This document shows, piece by piece, positions 23,701 to 37,400 of a DNA stretch of 64,000 bases. The translations under genes were made by a program, and so were the position numbers. How positions within the stretch are numbered: position 1 is the stretch's first letter; each line of letters starts with the position of its first letter. The notes beneath the pieces are model-generated. The model ran no database searches. It had not been told where the DNA came from and worked only from the letters and a program-made list of their open reading frames with translations. The stretch comes from Selaginella moellendorffii (Eukaryota > Plantae > Lycopodiophyta), in NCBI RefSeq assembly GCF_000143415.4, contig NW_003314288.1, positions 996,047-1,060,046 of the forward strand, in the 5' to 3' direction.

Positions 23701-26117
23701 AATTGTAGGTAAGAAGAAGTTGGTTGAGTTTGAAAATTTGCATTCCTAGATTGAAAGTCATTCTTTCTCTAAGATGGAAAATTTTCCCCAATTTTTTTTA
23801 GATTTTTCCAATGGCTAATCTGTTAATCACTTTGCCCAAAAAACATTCTGTTTTCATAAGTCAATACAAACTAGTGAAGGGGTTGGAATTGACTTTGGTT
23901 GGTTTAAACCTTAGTAGGTAGTTTGTTTAATGCACCTGAAAGGGATGCTAACTTTGGAGGTTAAGGCAATTGAGTGGGATAGAGTCTAGAGTTGGTGTAG
24001 AAAAGTGGCCGTTGCGCTTTTCTAAGAAGGGTGATCCTTGTGCCTTTCTTCTATAGCATTATGTTTGGCTGCAGGTTGCATCTTGCATTTCGTTAAACTT
24101 TATGAGAGTAGTGAGCTCTCATTAATCTTGCTTTGGCTTGGTAGTCCTATGCCTTGGCTAACGATAGTGATATTCAACTTAGTTGTTTGAGGTTGAGATG
24201 TTGGTCAATGATAATTGGTCAATATGACACTATTATAAAGAAGAGTGTTAATGCAATGTGGATATCTGAAAATATAGTCTTTGTGATCAAGCTTTAAATG
24301 TTCATTTTGCATTTATGGATCTCGGTGTTGAATGTTGGAAATGTGGGCAAAAGATATTCAAGGCTTAAGCATACTATGGGTCATGAGAATTGGTGTTGAG
24401 ATGAACCTATGTGAAATTGTAGGTAAGCCTTATCATTGCCTTATCAATTGACCATGGTCAATAATGGTCACCCGTGGTCACATGGTCAATAATTGGTCAC
24501 CCGTATTATAGCTTTGTCTATGAGGAGGTTGTGTATCGGTATGAGTCCATCTCATGGTCTTCACTTTAGTTTTGACTAAATGTTGATCATACATAACTAA
24601 CCTCTTCAAGGCATACTTAGAGCTATTGGCTAAACAAGTTGGTGAACTTATTGCATGTTTGTTCATGAACAAATATCTCATATCTGGGGTATTACGTTTA
24701 TGTTGGACAAGTATATGACTTGATGGCATAAGTTTAGTGTTGGGTCTTGTGAAGGCAAGTTGAAATAGTGATTGTTAATTGCTTGTGACTAGTGATTACT
24801 TGTAGACTTTGTCGAAAACTATTGACACTTGCTTCACTTGATAAAGATTTATCAATGATGAGTTTGCTTTACCAGGATGGTGTTGTGGAGGATTGTATCG
24901 TTAGACTTACATGGGTTTTCCATGTTAGCATGTCAACTCTACGTCTATTGATATCATTTAGTTATATATAGTCCATAGTGTTGGATTTCATTGAGTCTTG
25001 GATGTGGTGATTCATTCCTTGATGAAGTGTTATTTGTAATTGAGTTTTGCTGGAGGATTAGTCTCAGATACTATCTAAGATATCTTTGACTTTGGTTAGA
25101 TTAGATGCCAGAGAGCTTTGAGTGGTGATTCACTCGTGCTTTCTTTTAGCTTTATTGTTGATGGCATTGAAGTGATGCCTTATCATTGACATTGTTGATG
25201 TTGAGATTTGAGTGAAATGAGATGTCTCTCCGAAAGGTTTGATATTGAGTTTCATTAGTCTTAATGAAGATAGTGTTGATGATTTGCTTATGGCTTTGCG
25301 TTATTGGCATTTGTGCATTTGCTAGTTAGCAACTGTATTGATATTCAAATAAATTGAGTGGCAAGTTTAAGTTAGTTGTGTTCTAAACAAGATTATTTAG
25401 TAGGGGTTGAGCTTTGAGCTTTTCCTTGAAAAGTGATTTAGTCGTTGATTATGGTATCTTTATAAAAAGCAGAGTTAGTGATCAGTATTGACGTGATTGA
25501 AACCTTGTTGGATTTCAATTAAAATATATTGATCATTGATAATTTTTCTTATGCTTGGTATGAAGTGAGTTATGTCCTGTTATAAATGGATTTATGGAGG
25601 ATCGTTTGGTGATCACTTGTTGAGCATAACTTCGTTGTACTTGGCTTTTGGATTGATGTAGACATGCTCTTCATTAACTTTGGCATTATGAAGTTTAGTT
25701 TATAGAAATGTTAAAGAGGATATTGTGGGTTGTACCATAATTTCTTTTTTAGCATTGAAGTTGGTTCATGCAAGACTTATGATTATTATTAAGCAAGACT
25801 TGGCTATAGACTTTTTCGAGCTATTGGTTCTTTGAGTTTTATGCTCATTGCTTCATTTGTTAGAAGTTGTTGCGGAAGGTATTTTGGCTTGTTAGCTTCG
25901 ATATTGAAGTTAATTTTTGCATCTAGCAATCATTGGTGATGATTGACTATTATCTAGGATAGTTGATTATTCTTGTCAAAGGTTTTGCTTAATTATTGTT
26001 GATATAAAATGATCTACTGTTCTTCGGGATGGTAGATTCTTTCTTCGACAATGATTATGCATTGATAAGATGATTGGTGTTCTTTTATGATAGTTAGTTG
26101 TTCTCTTTGACTTATTT

Positions 26118-29100
26118 GACTTTGGTTTGTATGTTGGGATTCATTTGGTAGGTTGATTTCTTTGTTGGTACCACTTGTGATTGAAGTTCAATCTCATGTA
26201 TGTAGAGTTCAGGTGGAATTCCTCGTAAATCAGTCTAGGACCAAGTGAAAACATCTTGATAAGTGTCAAGTAGTTAGGTTGCTTTTGCTTTAAAATCTTC
26301 ATCAAGCTCTTGGGCAATGTGAAGTTTTTTTGGTTCTTTAGGTGTTCCATGGTTAATTTTTTGAGCTGGTTCTTCAAGGTTGAGTATTGGTGTAAGTCGT
26401 GATCCTTCTTGTCCTAGACCTGGGGTGGTGGTCTCCATTGCTGGTTGTCTCGATAAGGCTGTTGATAAGTCTATTGGTATGGTCGCTAATACTGATTGTC
26501 TTGGTTGATATTGTTGTATTGTCGATGGTATCTAAGGTTAGAATTATATATACCTTGATTCTGGTAGTTTAGATACCACTGTTGTGGTTCTTATTTGGGT
26601 TGATTGTAATGTTTTCTAGTTAGTGTAGGAGTTCATTCTCGACTCGTGTGACTTCAGTTGCTCCTTTATATCGACAGATCTTTGCTATATATCCTTCTTT
26701 TTCATAAGTCTAACACTTAGGAATCAGTAGTTTACACTCTGGTAGGATGTGTCCTTTGTTCTTACATTTCGTACACCATACTTCTTTAAGTTTATTCTTG
26801 ATTGTAACTTTCTTGAGTATTTTGGTAAATTCTTGATTCTTATCTTTCTTCGTGACTTTGAGTTTGTATTCTTCCTTATCATTAGAAGAGTCATTTGTTC
26901 TTGTTGTTTCTACTTTTAAAAATTTTTAAAGCTGTTTCTCGAGGTTTTTGATTTTCTTAGAAATATTGTCAATAGAGGTCTTAGCATCTAAATTTTCTTC
27001 CGTACTTGCGAGAGCAACCATTTGCTAGTATATCTTCTTCAATCTCTGTACATACCAAATATGCTTACCTTGTTCAGTGAGTAGATCTTTGTAGCGCTTT
27101 GCGTAATATTTGAATCTTTGGGTATAGTCTTCGATATCTTCTTTATTTCTTTGTTTGATGCTCTTGAGATGTTCTAGGTATTCAGCTGTTGTGCCACCAG
27201 GTTGGTACTTCTCTTTGAATCACTTAACTTTTTCCTGAAACTTAAGTTTTTCATCAAGATTATAATACCATTCTAATGCTTTTCTTTTAAGTGTAAAAGG
27301 GAATAGAAGTTCTTTGTTGTCTTCTTGCTGATTGACTTATATAATTTGGATGAATTGCTAGAGATGTCTTTCTACACCTTCAATTTTGCTATTGGTGAAG
27401 ATTGGATACGTAATCATGAAGCCATAGGGTGTTGCTAGGTTGATGAGTGCCATCTTTCTACTGTTGGTGATGGTGGAGAAGCTAGATAAAACTGAAAGTT
27501 GTCAGTGCTATAATCTTTGTAATTAGGAGTTCTGAGTAGTGGTAAATCTTGATCTAAATTTAAATTTTGGTTGATTGTGTCTTCCATGGCATTGGTTGTG
27601 TTGATGTTGCTTGGTTTGCGAACTTGTGTGGCTTTGGTCATTTTGTCGAAAGTCTTGAATATGGTCTCAAGGATTTAGATTTAAGCTTGAGTTTACTATT
27701 GCTCGTCTACTTCCAATTTTTATTGGAGTTGTTTCTTCTCTTCTCGTATTTGTTGTATTTGATCTTGCTTTTGTTTCTTGAGTGGATCAAGGTTGTGTTT
27801 GTACATTCGATGTTGTGCTAGAGTTTTCTTGAGTTATAATTTTCTTGAATTTACTTTTTTAGTTTTTTGTTTTTGTTTTTGGTTTATTGTGTTCTTCTTA
27901 AGGAAATGTTGTGTAGTTGTAGAATCATGTGGTATAGACTAACATGATCTTATATATTGGTATTTGTGTTGCTACGTTATACTCAGCTTGGTAAAGTTGA
28001 TCAGTCTTCAACAAAGTCATTACTTGCCAACTTCGGGATCAAATAAGTGTGTATACTATGGCTACTCTTTTTAAGAGTTCTTGTTGTGTTAAATTGTTGT
28101 AAAGTAATTGTGGCCTACCTTTAATTGTGTTGTATAAAGTTGTGTGCATCCTCACTATGAGCATCCGCATTTTTCAGTTGATGGTGATATTCAAAAAGTA
28201 TGAGTTGAGTAGTTGTTGTATTCTAAATGTTATTGTCCTCAAGGTTGTTGTTGATACAGGTTTCTAGATTCTTGAATTTTTTATCTTCAATCATTATACA
28301 TACTTCGATTAATTGTTATTTTTATTCCCTATCGTCCCCAAGGAACCTCCACTTGTTAAATCCTTAGTATTTGATTTCTATTTGCTTGGTTGCTTCTTAA
28401 TAGCTCATCTGATAAATGTATATTTTTGTTTTCAATAATGTGAAAAAGAAATGCAAGTGCATATTAATATGGTAGATGGTATACTATTACCAAAAAGAGT
28501 TTGGGATAGTTTCCATCGAACTAGACTACTTATTTCCAACTTACTTGAAACATCAACAAAAGAAGAGATTGAGATTCCACTATAATCCCACCATAAAGTT
28601 ATGTTGTGTAGAGCATCTTGAGGGTCTATAACAATAACTAGTCCCTCAGCCACAACTGCATATATAGCATCCACTATCTTCAGAAGAGCTTTATACCATA
28701 TACTACAAGCATTTATATCTATAGAAGACCAACCAAAATTAGGGATATTCTTGCCTTCGAAAATATTTTTATTCTCTATCTTCTATGGAATAACATCTTC
28801 ATCATTATTCCTCTGTGTTCCAATTGTATTTCCCTAAGAGATTTTGGTAGGAAACATCTCTATTGGAGACATTAGTTGATTCTACTTCTATATAGAAAAC
28901 CCACTAACATCCAAGTCACCTGTAAGGGGGGAGTAATTCGAGTTAAACACCTTAATAATGCAAAGAAAAACACATCTAACTTTTAAAGAAGCACAGTGAC
29001 AAATGCATATAGCATCTAAAGATTCTATTCTTCCCTTTGCAATTGATTCTCCATTATCTGAAACAATCTCTATTACATCTCCTTCAACAAATTGAGAAAA

Positions 29101-29700
29101 ACAAAGAAAATTACAAATATCAAAACACAAATAGAAGGAAAAAAGTACAAAAGAAAGACAAGCAAATAGAAAATTAAAAAACAAAGCTCCTTTTGTGAAT
29201 ATGAGAAAACAAAACATGAAAATATGTAGTGAAAATAATAAAAATGCATAAAATAAGAACACACAAAGTCAAAGAATTTCTAGCACGCACTTGCATGCTA
29301 AAGACCTAATTTAATGTATTGATGAAAGAATATGAGCTCACAATAAACCAAAGTCAAATTAAGAGAGAAACAGATTGGTAAGTGCAATGACCAGAGAAAT
29401 GGGGGTTACTTAACTTTGAACAAACATGGTCTCACACTCATTTTTCAAAAATGTAAAGATTTTTAACACTCTCTCTCTCATGGTCTTTTGTTTTTTTAAG
29501 CTAGCATGTGGGCTCATGCCTAGCCAAACTCAAATTTAAGTTTCTCCAAAGAAGCTTGAGATTTCTTGGAGTGCACTTGTACACTTATAGACCAGTTTTG
29601 GATGACTCTCTCTTGTAAATATTTGTTCTTTTGTTTTGAGATTTCTAGGCATGCACTCTCATGCCTATAGACAAGTATGGGATGACTCTCTTGTAAATAC
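26118..29700 (-). mobile_element. Decayed Ty3/Gypsy, copy 2 of the family at 12530-17881 (gag remnant, leader, PBS, 5' LTR)
   Basis: 26118-26420 matches 15290-15590 and 27650-29612 matches 15910-17880. gag remnant (FPFTLKRKALEWYYNL) at ~26950-27430. PBS TGGAGGTTCC at ~28342-28351. LTR from 28354; right end approximate. Confidence 0.8.
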
Positions 29701-30559
29701 ACTACACTATCATATGGTCTCACGCCAAGCAATACTAAAATACGAATGTATATTCTTTATAATAATGGAAACCATATGTTTTGAGGAAAGAAAAACTTAC
29801 CATGCCCATAAACAAACCAAAACAGTGTGGGAGAGATATGTGCTTAGGATGAGAGGAAGGAAAAATCCCTCCTAAGATATGATCAATGAACCAGTAGTGG
29901 TGAACCCTAGAGAACCCAAATAATAAAACCTAGGCTAAGAGGGGGAAAATTTGAAATGCAAGCTTGACAAAGAATTTGAAATGCAAGGGTAGTATTATGA
30001 TACTAATAGCTTGTATCAGTTTTGTTTGAATTTAGGCTATTTAATGTTGTCATATAGTTCTCCATAAAAAAGATTTTTCAAAAAATGAGATAACTAGAAA
30101 TGTTTTTAGTATTTATCGAAATTTTGTTTACAAGATTATATAATGAGAATTATGGCTTGAAATTTATTATTGAAGAGGAGCGCAGTGCTGCTGCTGAGAT
30201 TCACAACAGCAGCATTGGATCTTGCATTGCTGGCTATAGCAAACCCACTGCACTTCACACTAATCCTCCATGGAACACCATGGACTCATATGCAAGAGGC
30301 GGAGGACTATGCTCCTCATCAGCTAGATTTCTGAAGACTCTCCTATGCCCAATCCTCTGTGCGTCCCGCTCTCCATCCATGGGGGGGGGGGGGGGGGGGG
30401 GGGGGCCCCCCCCCCCCGGGGGGGAAAAAAAAAAACAATTTTGGGGCCCCCCCCCCAAAAAAGGAAAAAAAACACCCTAAACCCCCCCAAAAAATTTCCC
30501 CCCCCCCCCAAAAGGGAGGGGCCCCCCCCCAAGGGGGGGGGGGGGGGGCGGCTCACGGC

Positions 30560-31983
30560 ATGGCTGGATATCAATGATCGATGTTTGGGTCAACACATCA
30601 AAACAGTGAAGAATCAAGTCTGAACTGCTCTGAAGATATTCTCCAGCATCACATAAGGCAATGCATCACTCACAAGGCTGGACTGGGACGTAAATTCCGC
30701 AGCATGCATCCCTCGATTCATCTCCCCATGGTTTTTGCATGCGGTAAGAAACATTGCCCATGCTGGCAAAGGATATTCTCCAGGACATCCTCGGCCTCTT
30801 TCAATCGCCCTAGTCGTCTGAGAGCATCAACAATGCAGGTGTAGTGGTCTTGCAAAGGATCCAATCCATTGTCAAAGCTCATTGCCATGAAGTAGCTCAC
30901 TGCTTCCTGACGAGCCCCAGATGGCTACACGCTGTCAAAACGATGGCAAACGCTGCCTTGTCGGGGTCAAAGCCGTGAAGAAACATCGTCCAAAAGAGCT
31001 GGATCGCAGAATACGCATGGCCGGTCTGGGCATATGCTGCTAGCATCGTGTTCCAGGAGAGCAAATTCCAAGTTGGTATTCTATCAAACGTCTTCTTTGC
31101 CTCACAAATATTTGCATCTATAGTTGTATACCACGAGAATTGTGTTCCATGAATAGGTATGCCAGCAGCAACACAAAGAAAATGCATTGTATAGAGTCTT
31201 TGAAACGACCTCTCTGGGCATACATAGCATTCAATTAGGTACATCAAACAAGATCTCTGTGTGGCATTGCTTCAAAAAATTTCTTTCCTTGATCAGTGTC
31301 ACCGTTTTGCACGTGTGACTTGATCATAATCGTCCACAAAAGTATGCTGTGCAGAGGCATCCTATCAAACAAACTCTTGGCTTGAATCCAATCCCCATTT
31401 TGGGCATAGCAGCAGTGCATTGCCCTCTAGAGGATCGTGTTTTGGTGGACAATCTCCTGGAAGACATCCTCCACCTCCTCCACGAATCCATTCTCTGCAA
31501 ACATGATGAGCATCACCGCACGAGTGATACTGTTCTTCTCGGGCATGGAATCAAACGTGGCCTTTGCATTGCCCACTCGCCACGCTGTGCGAAACCCTGC
31601 ACGAGGATCGTCCACACTACCACATTCATCTCAGGCATCCGATCCAGCACCTCTCTTGCTCGCCCAATCTCTCCGCCGCGAGCAAATCCCCACAGCAGTG
31701 TTGCCCACGTCTTGCAGTTCCTCTCGGACATCGCATCAAACACCACCTTGCTCGATCCAATCCGCCTGCAATCGCCCAGCACCTTGACCATCGCAGTGGA
31801 GGAAACTATGTCCCGCACTGCCATTCGATTGAATGCTGCCTTGGCCTCGCCCGGATGCCCACTCTCGGCATATGCGCTCACGAGCACCGTCCACGACACG
31901 ATGTTCTTGGCCGGCAATGCATCAAAGATCCTTCTCAATTCCTCCAAATGCCCACACCGCGTGTAGACAACCAGCATTTCCAT
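30560..31983 (-). pseudogene. PLS-class pentatricopeptide repeat (PPR) pseudogene
   Basis: Repeated FDxMPxKNIVSWT.. units, SWNTMLAAYAQTGH, VLTACSHLGLV, HYTCIVDALRRLGRLKEAE, split across several frames. Confidence 0.85.
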
Positions 31984-32429
31984 ATATAATATCTATACTG
32001 ATGACTTATGATTAGTAAACAGAAGTCATAAAGGTCAAGTACAAGAGACTTGCTATAATGAAACTTCAAACAATTAAACACTGAATAGAGGAAATTGCTA
32101 ATCCAAAGTCCACCAAGATCATCACATTTATACTATTTACAACTCCAGCAAAAACAAACATAAACTACTCATCCTCCATTAATTCTATATTGCATGTTAT
32201 GGAAGAGAGTGGAGGAGAGAGAATAGGAGGACTTTTGTTATTTGTTGGTGATAGAGAAGGAACTCCTATTATCCATAAATGTCAAAAAAGCATAAGAATA
32301 TTTTTTAGCATATTATTGACATTTGGCAAAAGTTCCAATGTTATGTCCCCATCCATGATATTCCTCATATCATGAACAATAATTGTGTTATGACACGGCA
32401 TGAAAAGTCACCGATCTAATCTTCCTAAA

Positions 32430-32965
32430 CTAGACTAGGCCTCCTTTTGAAGTTCCTCACACCCAACCACCCCCGAGCTACCTCAAAAGCTCTTTTGCAC
32501 CACTGCTCCATAGTGAAACCTAGAGTAGGTTAAGGTTTTTACCCTAACATGCCTTCATAAACCCTTGAGCCTCCCTTTGATCAACATTGACCACGTGGTC
32601 AAAGCTAACGCCTAACAATTCTTCCCCCCAACAAAGTCCTTGTCCCAAGGATGAGTCCCAAGGATCACCTTTTTTGGGGAACCCTACTCAAGCTCCTAAT
32701 CCATCTTCCACAACTGTATATAAGGAGGCATTAGGCCCATCGCTTCGAGATAGTATACCTTTCAACTGGCTAACATAAAATATTAGATGAATGTTCACCT
32801 TAGTTGGCAGCTACACTTGATAAGCCGCTTTACCAATGTGCTCCAGCACTTCATATGGACCAGCATACCGATTAGAAAGTTTATCAATCTTTCCATTCCG
32901 CAAAGGCATTAAGGTGTTCTACTGCTCACTTGACGGAAAGATCCCTTGCACAAAGACGAGATCAC
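32430..32965 (-). mobile_element. Truncated 3' end (partial LTR, PPT, integrase tail) of the Gypsy family at 5887-10727
   Basis: Colinear with 5905-6435 with many transitions. Cut at 32965 by the next element. Confidence 0.9.
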
Positions 32966-33959
32966 TGTAAACGACTAAACTTTCCATTCTACTTTAGTCA
33001 CTTAACCACACCTCCGACCACTTGGAGGAGTCTCATTCACAACCTCCATAAGTCCAATTCAAGACTTGGGACTTGCTAGCCCCAAAAATGGCATCCATGC
33101 CACTCAACCCTTGCACCTGGTCCAACTGCTCCACATGTCTGATCCCATGACCGACACTCAAAGGTATCACCGACATAGCAGCCTATTACGCTAAGGCCAT
33201 GCCCAATCACCTTTGCCGCACTGGTAGTCCAATACCACTTGTATCACAATCCCGTCTCTCCAAGACTGGGCCATCCGTCCACGAGTGGTCAACCCAGATC
33301 CACTCTTTAGCATCCTTAGGATGCCCACTGACAAGGGGAACAGCCTTCCCCAATATCCCTCTGTCAGTCCTCATTAAATCCCTTTTTGCCCTTGGCCGTG
33401 TTTGCCAACACTGCCACTGGATCGAGGCCCACAGGTCTGACCACTAAGTCCCATGGTCCTTTGGGACTTCCTCACCACATGCCCGTATCCTTGGCCACCA
33501 CACCAAAGGACTGCTCCTTTTCCTTTCCACAGTCTGGGACTTGGGGACAACACTTCGGAACACCGTGGCCTTATGCGAGCCACCTGGGTACTCTCCCCGC
33601 CTTCCGCCTTTGGGTGCTCTAGCCATGGGCTTAAAGTGAGGTTTCGTTGAGCCACGCTTGGTATCCAAGTAGGTAGTGCCACCTAAACTTGGACTGGGAG
33701 CATTGGCCAGTCAATCTCCCGGGGGAACTAGAGCCGGCTCTTGAACACTTCACCAAGCTACCCTGCTTGTCGGTCCGTATTCACTCTAGTCTTGGACTTC
33801 CCGTGGTCAGTTCATCACCCAACACTAGGTTTGGCCTTCCTGGGCCAAATTGGCCTTTCCTGGCCAAACTGGCTCCACTGCAGTCCTCCCCATTACTATA
33901 CTTTTGGAGCTCACCAAACCCCCTAGGGTCTGGGAGACGAACACTTTGGGCTTTCACCC

Positions 33960-34470
33960 TCTCAGACTCGAACTCGGACTCGGACTCGGACTTGGACTTG
34001 GACTTGGGCTCGGGCTCGGTCTCGGCCTTGGCCTCGGTCTCGGTCTCGGTCTCAGTCTTGGTCCCGGTCTCGGTCCTGGTCTCGGTCTCGACCTCGGACT
34101 CCATCTCGGGTCCTTCTCGGACTCCATCTTGGATTCCATCTCAGACTCCGTCTCGGTCCATCTCAGACTCCATCTCGGACTCCGTCTCGGTCCATCTCAA
34201 ACTCCATCTCGGACTCCATCTCGGACTCCATCTCGGACTCCACCTCGGACTCCATCTTGGACTCCATCTCGGTCCATCTCGGACTCCATCTCGGACTCCA
34301 CCTCAGATTCCATCTTGGACTCCATCTCGGTCCATCTCGGACTCCATCTCGGACTCCATCTCGGACTCCATCTCGGACTCCACCTCGGACTCCACCTCGA
34401 ACTCCATCTCGGGTCCATCTCAGACTCCATCTCGGACTCCAACTCGGGTCCATCTCGGACTCCATCTCGA
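33960..34470. repeat. Minisatellite (GGACTCCATCTC)n with 6-mer variants inside the LTR
   Basis: Dozens of 12-bp units, preceded by GGACTC and GGTCTC hexamers. Confidence 0.95.
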
Positions 34471-37400
34471 ACACTTCCACGTGTCATGTGTTGGTCCTTT
34501 TGGGTCCCTTTTTGGAACCTCGCTTATTGCTTGCTTTGTGCTTGTTCCTCGAGCACTTTGTTGGGAGTTCCACTCCCGCTCTCGACCTTTCAAGTTAGAG
34601 CTTTTAGTCCAAACGTGTTACGCTCGTTTGGCTTTTGCTTCAGCCACTACCACGTGGCACCCTTCCGGCTCCACTTTGAGGCCTAGGGATTTTGTGTTTC
34701 ACAACTCCACCACCCATAGACAAAGTTCGATGTCGTCATCGAACGGTAAACCTTTTTATAAAGTAACACCCGTAGGTATTACCATTTCCATCCTTGGCAC
34801 CCAGCCAATATTTATCTATGGTTTGACCCCGAAGGCTCACCATGCCTTATCCATCCTCTAAGGAGCATAGTCTCTCCAACATAGAGACTCCCTCGACCAC
34901 CTAGGGTGGTTGGCTCCCTTTTATTGGTTTAGTTCTTGCTAAACCCGTTAGAGCCACCCTCTCTAACTCAATTCCACTACTCATTCTCGAGTAGTCTCAG
35001 ATTCCATTAACATAACCTCTGCACTTTGGAACTTTTAATTTTGACTTCTCCGAGTCAATTTCCTAGGTGTCTCCGACACCTTACGTTGCATATGGTGCAA
35101 CTCCACTTCCCTATCCTAGGAAGTTCCTCACTTGAGGGTACCATCATCCTCTCTTCGATATCGTGCCACCTTTGGCACTAAGTTCCAGTTATCATAAATG
35201 GTGCTAGGGCTGCCCACGGCCCTATTATTTGGCTACCTTACTGCTCCCCCCTTTGGAGCATCCACTTTCGCCAAATCGGAGCGGTTGGGAATCCATCCTT
35301 GGGGAAACATTGCCTTTCCCACAATCCGTTAGCACCCAACACATTGGTATTTTCGGCCTAACTTTGCCATTTGGATTCTTTCCCATGATTCTCATGGCTC
35401 TTTTCTTAGCCACTAGTTTTTTGCTCCTATCCTTGATTGTTGCACCCAGAAACATAGGATCGCTACCTCCATTTTTGAGGTTTCCTTTCGTTCCATGGCA
35501 AACACTTTGCTTTGCCAAGTCCAGAGGGTATTCACCCCTAGTACGTCTCATTAACATTTTCTTCTGTGGGCTCCATCCACGGCCCAACTTTTTGAGACCC
35601 TCCCTTAGATCTCTTATAGAGACTACTTTCCTCGGACTTACTATGCCATAGCATTGATATAGCTCATTTCCCTTAGGTGTTGTTCCCACGTGGTCACCTT
35701 GACCAAGCCACACCTTTATCAATAGTTCAAATCAACACTTTGAACTAGGAATCATATTCCTTAACCCAAACAAAAACATTATCCTTGTTTAGCCATAAGA
35801 TCATCTAGTGATCTCATCTTAACCCCTTAATAGGTCTACCAATAGGAACTAGGTCTTCCAGACCCTTCTAAGTTGTTGACTATGACCCCGGGGGCATCCC
35901 CCACACTTGGCAGTGCACCCAAGCTAGCCCTTCCGGCCAAGGATCTATAGCAACTGAAACTGGGTGTCCCCATCTCATTCACCACGTCCTTGGTGCCCTT
36001 TGCACCAAAGTGTTCAAGTTAGATATGCCGAGCTTTCACTCTAAGCAATCTAACCGTGCATCACGACTCCGAGGCATCCCTCGCTTGGCAGTGTGCCCAA
36101 ACCAGTCTCCTCACTGAGAGTCCATAATCACCGAAACATGAGTGTCCTCATATTCCAAACCATCACCACGCCCTAGTGATTTGGGACTCAAACCCAAGCA
36201 CTAGAGGGTTGGGACTCAAACCCAACCTCCGTATATGCATCTACGGATGGCATCACCTAGGATGCCTGGCGTGACTCCCCACGCCGGTGCACTAACATTT
36301 ACTTAAAGCACACTATAGATCACAGCTTAGAAACCTAGTTCCTCCGCACTGCCAAGTCCTCTCACTTGGCATGTTTGTGATTCTGCATGGACTCCTCCAT
36401 GCTCGGCCCCATGGGCCACCCCTTTGGAGTTGGCTCCTTCAACTAGGGTATTCGTTCCCCCCCAACTTGCCAATCTCACTTAGCAAGTCATCCGGCCACC
36501 ATAACATGGTTCATGCATAAGCGTGAAAGTCCTTAACCATCGACTTTCATTCAAAGCTCTCTCTTTGAACACTCAGGAACTACTTCCCCAACCTTGATAG
36601 CCTCGCCTCATGGCCAACTTCAAGACCACGCTTCTGCTGTGCCACTCTGATTTTGCGCGCTCTAGCAACCATTTACACTTGGCCTTTCTAAGTACTAAGC
36701 TACCTAGAATCGTCTTTGGGAACTTGAAGGAACTCTGTCCCTTAGCTTGCTAAGGCCTCTCCTTTCGCAAGCTTTCCAATTGCCATATGGTCTAGCATGG
36801 ACAATTCCATGCTTTAAACTCTTCATGGCACCACAGTTACTAGTAACAACATACTCGAGCGCCCACTTGATTCTCCACTCCCAACTGACATAACCACCCT
36901 TGGTTATGCTCTTTGATTCCTATGGTTTGGTTCTATCCCCTTACTACTTGCTTTTGGCCTCACACATTTCCTTCGGTTATTCGCCTCCAAATTAGGAGGA
37001 TAGCTTTGCACTTTCTATCATGCCTTAGCAAGTATTCTTAAGAATGAACCTACCCTACAGCTTAGGGAGTGGTTCCTCAATCTGGGTATGCTACCTTATA
37101 ATCCCACACACCAAGATTAACATTGCTACATATGGGCCTTTATATGCCCATCACTAGCCTTGCCAAAATTCCATTTTAGCCTTTATCCAATTCGGATAAA
37201 TGGACTTCTTCCTTCTTTACAACCTTGGACATTTGGATAACACCTTCTACCCATCATTTATTAGGGATTTAGTTCCTTGGGCCTTATTTATTGCCCTCGC
37301 GATATCGAACACCACCTCCGGGTGTTCTAGAGTGTTTGGGTGTCCCAATAATGGCCTCTTTAACAATGAGCATTTCTCTTTTCAACATTGACTTACTATA

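Larger units (their letters stand above)
17882..26110 (+). mobile_element. Highly decayed LTR retroelement (probable LTR 17882-19490) with an internal ~2.5-kb tandem duplication
   Basis: Starts TGT exactly where the copy-1 LTR is broken. ...GCACTACA at 19490 is followed by PBS TGGTATCAGAG (19493-19503). 19640-22155 is duplicated at 22156-~24720. No intact ORFs and no 3' LTR found. Confidence 0.6.

Noticed and set aside
30170-30380. Short GC-richer, possibly coding fragment next to the PPR remnant
   Set aside because: I could not assign it to any family and it abuts unreliable sequence.
30381-30550. Gly/Pro-rich ORFs and G/C homopolymer runs
   Set aside because: Strings of homopolymers typical of low-quality sequence or gap filling; not credible coding DNA or a G-quadruplex array.
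33689-34861. Long overlapping ORFs (SDSISDS, LGLHLGLH, PSRTPSRT), also at 51897-52898
   Set aside because: By-products of a stop-free 12-bp minisatellite in the LTR, open in several frames on both strands.
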